Positions 15,472-28,927 of a DNA stretch of 64,000 bases are shown here, piece after piece. Positions within the stretch are counted from its first letter, which is position 1. The number at the start of each line of letters is the position of its first letter. The DNA is from the human T2T-CHM13v2.0 reference genome, Homo sapiens: the NCBI RefSeq assembly GCF_009914755.1, contig NC_060933.1, one strand, 5' to 3'. Below the pieces are notes generated by a model. That model was not told where the DNA came from, did not search any database, and saw nothing but the letters and a program-made list of their open reading frames with translations. The translations under genes and the position numbers were made by a program.

Positions 15472-16650
15472 TTTGAGTTTTCTTTTATTCCGGCTGCATA
15501 CCTCCCAGTTAATCTGACATCTTTCTCACCTCATTAAACTGGCTCCAACTGCTAATACGTCATCAAATTCAAAAGAAATGCGACCCGCTACCAAAATCCA
15601 GATCTGAAAACATTTAACCTTAGGCTGTGGTTCAAGGTGCAAAGAAAGCTAATATCTAATAAAGCCTTGGTATAGTGTGTTCCTTGAGTCAACGTTTGAG
15701 AAACTGAATGACATAGAGCTGCGTGAAAGTTTAGGGGGTAAAAGTGTATTTGATTGAATGTAATTAATGTGTTTTTCTGAATGATTTTCTTACAGTTCAC
15801 AATGAACCTTCCAATTTTACAGTAATTTTCTTGGCCTTGATTTTCTGATCTGTCTTAATTTAGCTGTCAATACTATGAGTAACAAAATTCAGTTTCATTG
15901 GTGATCCTTGAAAGAGAAATTCCAAAAATAAAGGGCTATAAGCACCTCCTATGAAAAGATTCATGCAGCTGTTTCATCTAATATGGATCTGATAGGTTTC
16001 CTTTATGTCCAGTTCTTCCTTTCTCAACATTTTCTCTGATTTTCAGGCAGATGCAAATAGAATTTTCAGTGCTACGGCTTCTCTGACTTAAATTTTCTGT
16101 TTCCCTTGTGTTTGTGCCAATTAAAACAAGACTCAGTCTGTGCTTGTGACATATTTTTGGAAATTCATTGTGTAAGAAATATTGACATTCTCTTGTATTA
16201 TTTTCTCTGAGTCTTTACCCACTTCATCACAATTCTTGCCTTTCTTTTCCTTGAAGTCTGTGTGTTTCATATGTTTTGAAAACTTCTGTCACATATTTTA
16301 GTTATTATAATGGATAACTGCATTGAGGAGAAAGCTCTAAATCATAGGCTTGGAATGACTAGTTCTAGAAGCATTTCCTAAAGCACATGCCCCTCCTCAA
16401 TAGACATTTCTCTGCCATTTATTTTGTGCAGCAGTTCATATTTGTGGCCTGATGCTATCTCTTTTCTCAGAAATTTCAGTAAGTGTTTCAACTTGAGTAA
16501 TCATTTACAGAAACATAATGTAGTGGACATTCAATAATAAACTATTGCCATGACATTGAATTGTCTTATGATCTTTGGTGGAAGCTGTGTGAATATTTAC
16601 ATTGTCAGGATCATGCACCTACCCGTTATGTTCTGCCTTCCTTTCTCTAT

Positions 16651-16950
16651 TCTTTTCTTTTCTTTTTTTTGAGACAGAGTCTTGCTCTGTTGCCCAGGCT
16701 GGAGTACATTGGCATGGTCTCAGCTCACTACAACCTCCACCTCCTGGATTCAAGTGACTCTTCTGCCTCAGCCTCCTGAGTAGCTGGGACTACAGGTGTG
16801 CGCCACCACACCTGGCTTATTTTTGTATTTTTAGTAGAGAGGGGGTTTCACCATATTGGCCAGGCTGGTCTCGAAATCCTGACCTTGTGATTCGCCCACC
16901 TCAGCCTCCCAAAGTGCTGGGATTACAGGCATGAGCCACCATGACCAGCC
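16651..16950 (-). mobile_element. Alu
   Basis: Full dimer. Confidence 0.95.
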
Positions 16951-18009
16951 TGCTTTCCTTTTTCATAATGTGATTTTCATGTACACGTCTCTGTGTTTTT
17001 CAGCTTCAGATAAAAACTTGCTATCTTTTGGGCATTTCTTTGATATATCATCTCCAAAGTGACTTATTAAGTCAAAAATATAAATTATTTTATCATTTCC
17101 TGGAATGCTTTTTCTACAAGTAACAGAAAATTATATCTCAGTTGGCTTGAACAACAAGAAAACAATATAATTGCCCATAACAAGAATTCCTGTGGTAGGG
17201 CTGCTATGGAGTTGTTTAATTTTACAACACAGTGACATCCTCAAGGGCCCAGTTTGCTTCCATGTTTTTGTTCTGCCATCTTTGGGGGAACATCTCTGTT
17301 GTGAAGGATGTCCTCATGGTCACAAAATGGCTGCCACAGCATAAACATCACCGTACCTCACAGATATGACAATGTTCAGTGGAAGAAGAAAAGGAAGTTT
17401 CTTCATCTGTGTCTCTTTTAACGAGCAAGAAAATATTAGAGATTCCTCATCAGTCTCTGTTTCATTGTTCATTCAACATTTCTTTGGCCAGTCCCTTTCC
17501 TAAACCAGTCCCTGGCAAGGGACATAGGATTTCTACCATGAATTTAGTATGGGTTCTGTTCTACAGAGTAAGGGTGCTTTCTGCTACATGTCCTTTGACA
17601 TGTGGCCTAGGTTATTATTATCTCAAGAGGCAAAACTGCTTTATAGTACCAATCTGCAGTCTAATAAGTGTGTTTGTTCCCTAACAAAGCTAAGTTTCTA
17701 TATGTTTTTGCTTATTGTTATAAATTTGAAGGGTCCTTGTATAATGAAAATATTATTGTAATTTATGTTTCTTCAGTGATAACAAAGTCATATGCAGTCT
17801 TTTTAGAATGAGTTAGTTTGTTTTCATTTCCTCTAGTGTTTTACCTACACTGAATTTGAAAACTCCATTCTAACCAATTTTATATAGTCATTGTGCCAGA
17901 ATATTTGCCACCACTCATTATTCTGTAACATTTTTGAGTCACAGACCATATCTACTAAATAAGCCAACATTCCAAAAGTCTTCCTTATAAGATGTTAACA
18001 TTTAAAAGT

Positions 18010-18280
18010 AGGGGAAAATAAAAGAAAGAAAAGGAAGGAAGGGAGGGAAGAAGGAAGGCAAGAAGGAAGAAAGGGAGGGAGGGAGGAAGGAGGAAGGAAG
18101 GAAAAAAGGAAGAAAGGAAGGAAGGAAGGAACGAAGGAAGGATCGAAGGGAGGGAGGGAAGGAGGAAGGAAGGAAAAGAAGGGAAGGAAGGGAAGGGAAG
18201 GGAAAGGAAGGGCGGGAGGAGGAAGGGAGGAAGGAAGGAAGAAAGGAAAAGAAAAAGCAAGCAAACAAAGAAGTGAAGGG
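18010..18280. repeat. (GGAA)/GA-rich polypurine tract
   Basis: Direct. Confidence 0.95.
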
Positions 18281-18284
18281 ATAG

Positions 18285-18644
18285 TAATGTGGTTTGGTTG
18301 TATCCCTACCCAAATCGTATCTTTGAATTGTAGCTCCCATAATTCCCACTTGTTTCGGGAGGGACCTGGTGGGAGATAATTGAACCATGGGGGTGGTTTC
18401 CCCCACTGTTCTCGTGTTAGTGAATAAGTCTCACAAGATCTGGTGGTTTTATAAGGGGAAACCCCTTTTGCTTGGCTCTCATTCTCTCTTGTCTGCCTCC
18501 ATGTAAGATGTGCCTTTGCCTTCTGCCATGATTGTGGGGCCTCCCCAGCCAAGTGGAACTATGAGTCCATTAAACCTCTTTTCCTTTATAAATTACCCAG
18601 TCTCAGGTATATCTTTATCAGCAGCATGAAAACAGACTAATACA
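18285..18644 (+). mobile_element. THE1 (C/D-like) solo LTR
   Basis: Starts taatgtggtttgg, ends acagactaataca, with typical THE1 internal motifs. Confidence 0.92.
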
Positions 18645-19569
18645 GATGTGTTGAGAGGTCAAAAATTCTAGATACTTTGGGATTGAAAGACATATTGAAT
18701 CTGGAGCGAAAAGGACACCCCATTTAACAAACTGCCAAATGCCCCTCTCCCAAGGGCCCCTCCCTTCCCACCTTTATCTGAACATCGAAGTGTGCCATCC
18801 TGTTGTCTTGCCCAACAATGAATGGCAAGGCAAGCAGCTGGGACTATCTACTCGTAGCTTGTCACAAATGTGCTCCAACTCCAGAGGATGGTGCAGTAAT
18901 TTCCTCCCTTTTTCTTTCGGGTTGTGCTTTCTGCTACTCAAAAGTTCTGCTCTCCTGTGATCAAGATGGTAAGTCCTGTTTCATGCTGTTGCCCCTTTGG
19001 AATTGTGCCTTCAAATTCCATTTGCCTGGAACAGTCACATTCTTCAGAGTGATGGGCCTCAACCACAAAACAGCAACAGCAAAAAACATTTTTCTCTAAT
19101 ATTTGTTACTCCAAATAGGTTATCTTCAATACGTTATTGTGGTAAGAGATTCTTCTCAGGAGTGTTTGCTGCTGTCAGGGGTAACATGGTGAAGGATAGA
19201 GCAAGCCCTGCCATGCTCCAGTCTCAGCTGGCTGTGTGGATTCCACCCAGGAAAACCCTGCCAGCTTCTCCTACTGTGGGTCCATCACAGTCTGTCCATT
19301 CTTGTCCCATCTAAGATATAAGTTGTCATAGATGGCTGCCCCCTCCACCATTCGCCACGTGGGCATGTAGGTCACATCTCAATATGTCCCTAAAGATCCC
19401 TCTCCTAATCTAAATGCTGAACTTCCACGTCAGTTAAGGATTGTTTCTCTAAACACACACCAAAAGGGGAAAACATAGTTACTTCCTAAATTCTTATATC
19501 CAGAATGGAAATAATTTCGGGAATAACAAACTCCTTATGTTTACCACTGTTCCACTGTTTAAGTCACTG

Positions 19570-19882
19570 TTTTCTTTTTTCTTTCTTTCTTTTTTTTTTT
19601 TTTTTTCTTTTGTGGCAGGGTCTCACTCTGTCACCCAGGCTGGAGTGCAGTGGTATGATTTTGGCTCACTGCAACCTCTGCTTCCTGGGTTCAAGTGATT
19701 CTCGTGCCTCAGCCTCCCACGTAACTGGGGTTATAGAGCCCAGCTAATTTTTCCATTTTTGGTAGAGACGGGGTTCCAGCCATGTTGGCAAGGCTGGTCT
19801 CGAACTTCTGATCTCCAGTGATCCGCCTGTCTCAGCCTCCCAAAGCGCTGGGACTACAGGCGTGAGCCACCGTGCCTTGCCT
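19570..19882 (-). mobile_element. Alu
   Basis: Dimer with a small internal deletion. Confidence 0.93.
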
Positions 19883-20743
19883 GAACGCATTGTTTTCTTA
19901 GGGGTTGGCTAGATGTCTTCATGAAGATGCAACAGGCTGCACTTCAGTGTGTCAGAACAGGTGTGGCACAGTGAGCCCACATATTTCTGTATAGTGTCGT
20001 CAAAGCTCTTTCCATTAGTGACCCTATGTAAGCGTACCCCAAGTTGATCCTAGTCTAAAAAGCAGGGTCTCAGGGCAGAGTTCAGAGCCAGCTCCTCAGA
20101 TTCTTAGTCCTTGCTTCAAGAGCTACCTTTAAAATGGCTCAAAAATTCAACTCTCTGTCAAAGTAAAAGTGAAGCCATCTGGCTAGGTTGAACAAAGGCA
20201 GCTTCGCTTTACTGCAATAGGCATCAGACCAAAGCCACAGATCATTTGGGTGTGGGAATGTAAAGCTGAATCAGTGACATTGCCAGAAAATGGCACATTT
20301 GCCAGAATACTTTGCCTTTTGTTCCTTGTGAGATAAACATGAGCCCAGAATCCTGTAAATCTGTGGTAATATTTTTACTCTTGGAGAAAAAAATTAGAAG
20401 ACAACGTTGAGAGGCTTTTTCCGCATTTTCCAAATTTCCTTTTGGTGCCGAGTAATTTGTTTTCAACTAGTGTAAGAGGGCCATCTTGGGCTAGTAGGGA
20501 AGTCCTCTAAGTTAGGGCTCAGGGATATGGGCTTCCTAGGGCAATTACCCCTTACCTCTGTTTCTGACTGTTGGGGGTTCTTGAAGCAGCTCACCCAGGG
20601 TGAGACTGGTGCAGAGAGCAACATTTCTGCCTCCCTGGTTGGGAAGGGAGCCAGGTTATTTTTTTAAGTGCTACCTATTGACAGCATTTTCTCTATGTCT
20701 CAGTTTTTCTTCTTCCTCTAAGAGCTTTTTATAATAGCCTTAA

Positions 20744-21063
<320 letters not shown>

Positions 21064-21512
21064 ACCACACTTGGCCACCACGTCTTTAAGATTATGAATA
21101 AAAAGGTGTCACTTTCGAAGATTCTCAGAGGGAGTAACTCCTCCCCCTAATACTGAGCTGCAGTCCATCTTAAGCCTTGCTGGTATACATCTCAAAGAAG
21201 AAGATATTGAGGATAGCTTGTGCAACGTAGCTCTGGTGGCCGCTAAGGAAAGAGCAAACAGCTCTATGGCTGCAGACATCAGGCTTTAAATGACACCAGG
21301 ATGGTGAATGACCTAGGAACATAAACAAAGGGATGTCTCAGCTGGGACATAATCGCATCCTGGAAGCTTGAAGGCTGTTTTGTAGAGGAAGAATAGACGT
21401 GTGTTTGACTCCAGAAGACCATGCTAGGACCAGTAGTTACATAAAATTAAATTCTAGCTCAGTGTCGAGAAGAACATTCTGACCTGAAAGTTGCTAAAAA
21501 TGGAATGGGCTG

Positions 21513-22160
21513 TGTATTGGTTTCCTAGGACTGCCATAGCAAAGTACCACATATTGGGTGGCTTGAAACAACCTTGTTTTTTTTCTGGGTTGAAATTAAT
21601 TTCTTCTCTCACAGTTCTGGAGCCTAGAAGTCCAAAATCAAGGTGTTGGTAGGGCTATACTCTCTCTGAAGGTCTAGGGGTGCTTCCGGGCCTCTCTCAG
21701 CTTCTGCTCCCCGAAGCATTGCTTGGCTTGTGGTAGCATAACTGTCATCTCTGCCTCTGTCTTCATGTAACCATCTTCTTGGCTGTCAGTCTCTCTTCTT
21801 ATTAAGGACTCCCAGTTATATTGGATTAAGGCCCACCTTGATGACCTCATCTTAACTTGGCTACATCTGCAAAGATCCTATTTCCACATAAGGTCATATT
21901 TTGAGGTACTAGGGGTTAAGATTTCAAAATATCTTTTTAATTTTATTTACTTTGTTTATTTATTTTGAGACAGGGTCTACTTCTGTCGCCCAGGCTGGAG
22001 TGCAGTGGTGTGATCATGACTCACTGCAGCCTTCCTGGGCTCAAGTGATTCTCCTATCTCAGCCTCCTGAGTAGTTGGGACTGCAGGCATGCACCAACAC
22101 AACCAGCTAATTTTTGTATTCAAAGTATCTTTTTGAGGAACACAATTCAATCCATAACAG
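21513..22160 (-). mobile_element. MLT1 (B/C/D-like) LTR interrupted by a partial Alu (21938-22120)
   Basis: tgtattggtttcctagg...cacaattcaatccataaca; Alu TSD ttcaaa(a/g)tatctttt. Confidence 0.85.
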
Positions 22161-22456
22161 GCTGCCTTTATGAAAGTGAGTTCCTTATCCCTGGAAGTGT
22201 GCAAATGTAATCAGAGTTTTTCAAAATACTTGAAGAGGTGTAAGCGCTAAAGAGAGAATGCAACTAGATGACTTCTAGCATCTCTTCTGACCATAGCATT
22301 TCCTAATGCTATGAGTCCTGTAGTAAATGACTCTACTAAATCCTGGGACCACACTTGGGAAGACCACACAGTCTTGGTGAAATGTCACATGCACGGAAGC
22401 ATAGTCTAGCTTCCAAAAACCATTGAAAGGAGTTTCAATCTTTTCTTTTAAATTCA

Positions 22457-22464
22457 TATATATG

Positions 22465-22505
<41 letters not shown>
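22457..22505. repeat. (TA)n(GA)n compound microsatellite
   Basis: Direct. Confidence 0.95.
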
Positions 22506-23189
22506 CAGAGAGAGTTTATTTGGGCCAAGCCTGGGGACTGCAACCCAGGAGCATAGATTCAAGTTGCCCTAAATATACACTCCCTCCTTTTAATTCTTAA
22601 AGAACATCAATGAAGATCCCTTTTTCTGTCCCCTGCAGCTGCTCCTCTTGGAGTCTCTCTGTTCAGTACTCTTTTGGTCACACATGACAGAATCCTAATT
22701 CAAAGTGCCTTAAAAAAAAAAAAAAAAAGATAATATCTTCTTGCAAATTTGAAAAGTCCAGGAGTTGTTGTTTTGGCTTGGACTCCATTTCCCAGCTTTG
22801 CCTTCCTCTCTGTGGGCTTTCTCTTCTGCATAGTGTTTCCACTAAGAGGTGGCCACCAGGGTTCCCAGGTGTTATTTAGCAATTGAGCAATTTAGCAAAC
22901 TCATTGAGAAGAGTTTCCTTCTTCCAGCATTCTAAGGGAAGTCCCAGGGCTGGCTCTCATTGGGCCAACTCTGTCACGTGCATTTATCACATGCCCATCC
23001 CTAAACTTGTCAGTAGGACACTGACCACCTCCTGAGGAAGAAAACTTAGGAATGGAGGCACCTCTATGTGAGTTGCATAAACTAGGAATAGAAGAGGGTA
23101 GCAGCCCAAAGGGAAATTGGAGTGCTATTAACATAATAAGGGGGAGTCCGTGTTGGGAGGGCCAAAGGCCAAAACCATCACTGTCTACT

Positions 23190-23527
23190 CTGATTCCTCC
23201 CCTCACACCACTATTCTCTCTTCCTTCCTCTCCTCATTCTCCCTCCCCTTCCTCTCTCCCTTTCTTCTCTCCCTCTGTTTTTCTCTCTCTCCTTTCCTCT
23301 CTCTCTCCCTCTTCTTTTTCACTCTCTTTCTCTCTGTCTCCCTTTCTTCTCCTCCTCTCTCTTTTACTCTCTCCCCCTCTTTTTCTCCCCTCACATCTCT
23401 CTTCATCTCTCCCTGTCTCTCACCCTCTTCCTCCTCTCCCTCAAGTCTAGGCAGCTCAGCCTCTCTCTTTTTTCTCCTTTCTTTTTCCTCCTGCCTCTCC
23501 AGCTTATCTCTTCCTACTTATTTTCCC
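23190..23527. repeat. CT-rich polypyrimidine tract
   Basis: Direct. Confidence 0.9.
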
Positions 23528-24955
23528 AATTCAGTATTATAAATACCTAGCTACTGGGCTGGCAAATACTGAACTCTCCCTTAAGGGTAAGGACGGGAAA
23601 GAAATGGAGCCTGCCAGTGCCAGGTTCCTTTAGCAGCTAAGGGGAGGGAGGACGGGAGGAACTCCCATTGGTAACTTTTATTCACATCGTATATCAAATC
23701 ATCAGAGTGATCCTGTGTCATTTTGAGTTGTGAGTGCTTTAAAAATTTGCATGTGTGTCCAGGACAGAGATAGATGAATTTGCACATGACGGCGGAGGAA
23801 GACTTTGGGATGTATCCACTTTGATGCTAAGTTATGGATACATCCCAAAAGACTAGACAAACAGTATCTGTGTTTTAGCTTCCAGACTTCTGTAGTGGGT
23901 CCAGCCAAACTCCCGAATGGGTTTTTAAACTTGAGAAACCTCAGGCTTTTTTGTTTCCAATCATACAAGCACTCTTGAATTGAAAGCAACACTGGGTCAT
24001 AAAGCAATATGAAAACTACATAACTAATATCTTGATCCTTCTGCTTTCAGCACATTTAGCCCCACAGCAGTTTAGACTCAAACCCTCTAAACAAACCAAC
24101 CCCCTCACCCCACTCACAAACAGCCTGCCAAGAGCATTGAGCGTCCAGTCCCTGGACTCCATCCTGACCACCTCCTACTCCCCCGTCCTGCATCACTGGT
24201 CTTGCTTTGGTCATCTCTGTGTTCTCCATTGCTCTGTCTCCCCTCCGCCACCCCACACCCACAGGCTTGGTGAGTTGTCCCCCAACACTCATATTTAGAC
24301 TCTCCCTTCCTCAAGCCCCCTTGCTCTCTGACTCTGCTGGGAGGCTCTGATCCTGAGCCCTGCCATGGACCTGGTTCTGGGAGTTGACCTTTGCCCCACA
24401 CCCATCAGCTGCGAGTCAGGGGCTCTCTTGTTCTATGCCTTGACCTGGTGGTACCCAAGTGCATTCATTTGCTAGAATTCATTTGCCATAACAAAATACC
24501 ACAGCATGTCTACAAGCCACCAGGGCTGCCATGTATAACACTGGGTGGATGATTACCCTAAAACCCTTCTGGAACTTTCCAGATAATTCTTTTAGAAATA
24601 TTCTCTTTTATAGGCTTCTACGTGATTCAAGTGAGTTTCCTAAATGGCTGGGTGAGCTCCCATAGGTGACCTGACACTGCCACAGCCCTCTCCCACCCAG
24701 GGACTGGAGAGGAAGCTCTGGCAGGACACCCAGAACTCAGGGTGGAAATGGAACATCCTGGCCACCTACCCAGGAGAGGCCTCATGTAGTAAGAAAAGGG
24801 AGAGGAAGGAGCAGTGCTAGAAATCAGATTATCCAGACAGAAAACCACCTCCCAGACTGCCTGATGGCAGGGGGTGGGTCTTTCCATCTTAATCTTTCCA
24901 GCCCAAGCACCATGCCTGCAACACAACAGAAATGCAAGGAATGCAGTTGAGGTGG

Positions 24956-25313
24956 TGCATTAGTCTATCCTCACGCTGCTAAAAAAGACATACCCAAGAC
25001 TGGGTAATTTATAAACAAAAGAGATTTAATTGGCTCACAGTTCCACATGGCTAGGGAGGCCTCACAATCATGACAGAAGGTGAAGGAGGAGCAAAGTCAC
25101 ATCTTACATGGCGGCAGGCAAAGAGAGCATGTGCAGGGGAACTCCTCTTTATAAAACCATCAGATCTCACAAGACTTATTCACTGTCATGCAAACAGCAT
25201 GAGGAAGACCCGTCTTCATGACTCAGTTACCTCCCACCAGGTCCCTCCCATGGCGTGGGCATTATGGGAGCTACAATTTGAGATTTGGGTGGGGACACTG
25301 CCAAACCATATCA
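24956..25313 (-). mobile_element. THE1B-like solo LTR
   Basis: tgcattagtc...ccaaaccatatca with perfect 5-bp TSD ggtgg. Confidence 0.93.
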
Positions 25314-26435
25314 GGTGGGGAGTGATGTGAGCACAGCTACATTTCTGAAAAATAATGATGGTCATGGAATGGAAGACAGATCTGAGCTGAGGACCTTGGA
25401 GGCCTGAACTGGTGCACTTGCCATGAGGATGGAGAGGAAGGATGAGGCAGGAAAGATACTGCAGGTCCCAGCTTCTCCATGAATCCAAGGGCTTTGCTCT
25501 CCACTCTGCCTTCAGCCTAGTGACACAATTTATACAGCAAGAGAAGGAATGTCACAGACCACCAGATGGGTAGCTGACCCTTCCAAGAGCACAAAGACTC
25601 TAAATATGTCCCTGTCACCACCTGCTGTTTTAACAACTAGTTGTTTAATACATCTCCTCTGGATGGAAACTAGATCCAAGACAGTGACTCTGGGTTTTGT
25701 TTAATTTTATGTCACATTTTTAGGGAGCAAATGTTAAATATGTTTCCAGCCTAGTAAAATAAGGGTGGCAAACTTAATCATTAGAGTATGTGGAGAATAT
25801 AACAGGATCTTTTATTGGACCTGGAAAGGGGCCCCACTGAATGGTAATATTTGTGAAATAATTGGAGAGGAAACCAAGTTTTAAGCTATTAGTTCTCTAA
25901 CCTTTGAGTAGGGAAAAGGAACAGTCCCTTGAACTTGCTGCAAGTCTCATGGTTGCTTAAAAAGGCTTTAATTTCTGAGGACTGGCACAGGCCAGCCAAA
26001 ACAAACCATTTCCAAAATTAGTTTGGGCCTCAAGGGTCCTGTAAAACTCATTTTAAACAATGTACCATGATCCTTTTTTGCTCTCATTTTGTGCAATTGG
26101 AGTCTGCTTCCTTCTTCATATACAGAAGGATGTTTAAAACGCACCTTTGAGGGTAGGGTGTTGAAACACCCAGTTTTCTGACCCACTCTCAGATGCTATG
26201 ACAGAGAAAAGCTCTTTTCTCCTTCAAGAGAGGTCCAAGCTTCTGAGTGTACTGTGGTAGCTGGAAAGCTATTGCAGCTTCATGCCCAGATATGCATCTG
26301 TGTGTGCACATGCACATGGGTGTGTGCATGGGCTGTGCACATGTATGTGTGTGGGTTGGCATGCGTACACACAAGCCTGCACATAAATGTCTAAGAGTGC
26401 ATGTGTGTGTGCATGTGTGTACATAAGAACATATG

Positions 26436-26770
26436 GGCCAGGTGTGGTAGTTCACGCCTGTAATCCCAGCACTTTGGGAGGCTGAAGCAGGTGGACCACT
26501 TGAATCCAGGAGTTCAAGACCAGCCTGGCGAACGTGGTGAGACCCCATCTCTACTAAAAATACAAAATTTAACTGGGCGTGGTGGCATGTACTTATAGTC
26601 CCAGCTACCCAGGAGGCTGAGGTGAAAGGATCACTTGAGCCCAGGAGGTTGAGGCTGCAAGTGAGTCATGATCACGCCACTGCATGCCAGCCTGGGTGAC
26701 AGAGCAAGAGCCTCTCTTGAAAAAATAAATAAATATATAATAAAGTAATAAAAAGTAAATAAATAAATAT
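26436..26770 (+). mobile_element. AluJ
   Basis: Full dimer. Confidence 0.93.
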
Positions 26771-28147
26771 TGATTCCATCACTTGTTAGCTCAGTCATTT
26801 TAACTTTTGCAAGCCTGTTTTCTCATCTGCAGAGCGGGGATAATATTGTGTCTACCTCATCATGTTGTATGAGGATTAAGTAAGGTAATACACATAAAGG
26901 CTATATATAGTACATCCTCTGGATAGTCTCGCTGTCATTACTGCTACTATTGCAGCCCCGCTGGCAAACAGAGCAAGGGGGTTGAGAAGACATGGGGCCA
27001 CACTGGCAAGACATTGAGGGTTTTATATACACATATATATATTTGAGATCCTTTAACATCCACTCAGAGGCACTCAGAGAGGACTCCCCTACTCAAGGAG
27101 AAATAGTTGGGGTTGCAGGAGAGGTTTCCAATAACCTATGGTGAGTTCGAGAAAAATAACTTATCCAAAAGATGGACCTTCCTGTTTCTCAATGAGCTCT
27201 CCTAAGAGAGAGCAGAAGAGGGAGAGGGAATTGCCCTCTATTTGGAGGCCGCAGGGCCTGGTCCTCATAGCTATCCTAAGGAAGAGAAAGCTCAGGACCA
27301 AGGAAGAGCCACCACCTGGAGTGGGGAGGGTGGGACGGGGTTGCATCCTGCCCTCCTCCTTCAAACCCGGGGCAGAGCTTCCCATCCAGAGGAAGCAGGC
27401 CCCATCAGCTTATCCTGGGGTGGGGCTTCCTAAAGCCAAGTGTTTAAAGGCAGATCATTGTTCTGAAGTTCCGCTAAGTTCTAATGCCCACCCTGCTGAG
27501 AAATCCTCCAAGAACAAAGTGAGATTTTAAAAATCCACAGGTTTACTTGGAGCCAAAGGCAATTAAGAGGAAGAGAAATAACTGGCCAAGTCTCAATGTG
27601 ATGGCTGTCTGTGCAGAGACTCTAGTGAGGAAGAGAGCTAACCCCATTCTTTTTTGTGATCAAGCAAGATGATTCCCCAGTGGGCCAATCTTTTGCCTAT
27701 AAAATGGGATTGATATGATTTTGTCCAGGAAGAAGTCTGGTTTAGGAAAAGCAGAGGCATTCTTGTCTCCTTCAGTCCCAGCTTAGTGGCTACTGACTGT
27801 GAGACTTTGACAACTTATTTTCCAACTCAGAGCCTTGTATCTCTCCTTGAAACCCAAAAGGCCGGGCTCCAGACTTCCTCAAAGTTCCTTTGCTGTGTCT
27901 ATGACAGTGGGCTGATGAAGGTAGAAGCAGGGGTGTGATGAGGACGAGAATAATCAGGATGGATAGGAAGGCTGGAAGGCTGAGAAGGGTATACCAAAGT
28001 CCCAGCAAACAAAAGCGAACACTCAATAGCCGTGGAGGGCGCCTCACCATGTCCTCTCCATAAGCCAGGCTACATAGGTCATCATCTGGGATCTTATTTT
28101 TCTGAATTGTTTGTGGCTCAGCTCTTCTTAATATAGTACTTTCTGAC

Positions 28148-28310
28148 CAGGGCGGGGGGGTGGGGAGCCTGTAGTCTCAGCTACTCAGGAGACTAAGGTG
28201 GGAGGATTGCTTGAGCTCAGGCATTCAAGGCTGCAGTAAGCTATGATTGCACCGCTGCCGTCCAGCCTGGGTGACAGCGAGACCCTGTCGCAAAAAAAAA
28301 AAAAAAAAAA
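28148..28310 (+). mobile_element. Alu right monomer (FRAM-like)
   Basis: cctgtagtctcagctactc...poly-A. Confidence 0.85.
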
Positions 28311-28583
28311 GGGGGATAGTCCATTCTAGCTGCCCAATGTGCATGACCTTGTGAGGTAGTAAGAACCATGACCAGGAAAAGGCCATGTCATCCATCAGGT
28401 GACTTTGTAGAGGAGGCTTCTGCCCTGATGGGAGAGTAGCTTAGGCAGCCTCGAGGCCCCTTCCACTTCAATTTGGGAAATATTTAATGAGCTCCCACTG
28501 TGTGCCAGCCCAGACTGTGCTGACTGAGGCCTGGGGTGGGACAGCAGGGAGGACAGTCCCTATCTTCAAAGTGCTCAGGGTCT

Positions 28584-28927
28584 GGCTGGGCACGGTGGCT
28601 CACGCCTGTAATCTCAGCATTTTGGGAGGCTGAGGTGGGTGCATCACCTGAGATCAGGAGTTTGAGACCAGCCTGGCCAACAAGGCGAAATCCCGTCTCT
28701 ACTAAAAATACAAAAATTGGCTGGGCTTGGTGGCGTGCACTTGTAATCCCAGCTACATGGGAGGCTGGGTCAGCAGGATCACTTCAACCTTGGAGGTGGA
28801 GATTACAGTGAGCCAAGATCACACCAAGATCACACCACTGCACCACTCCAGCCTGGGTGACAGAGCAAGACTGCCTCAAAATAAATAAATAAATAAATAA
28901 AATAAAAACAAATAAAAATAAAAAAAA
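28584..28927 (+). mobile_element. Alu (S-like) with small internal duplications
   Basis: ccaagatcaca duplicated; TSD aaa(g/tg)tgctcagggtct. Confidence 0.93.

Noticed and set aside
17985-18552. Long F/L/P/S-rich ORFs (also 12824-13092, 23052-23542, 35538-36020)
   Set aside because: Stop-free low-complexity CT/GA tracts.
18540-18552. PRDM9 motif in the first THE1 LTR
   Set aside because: Reads CCTCCCCAGCCAA, lacking the critical T and the terminal C.
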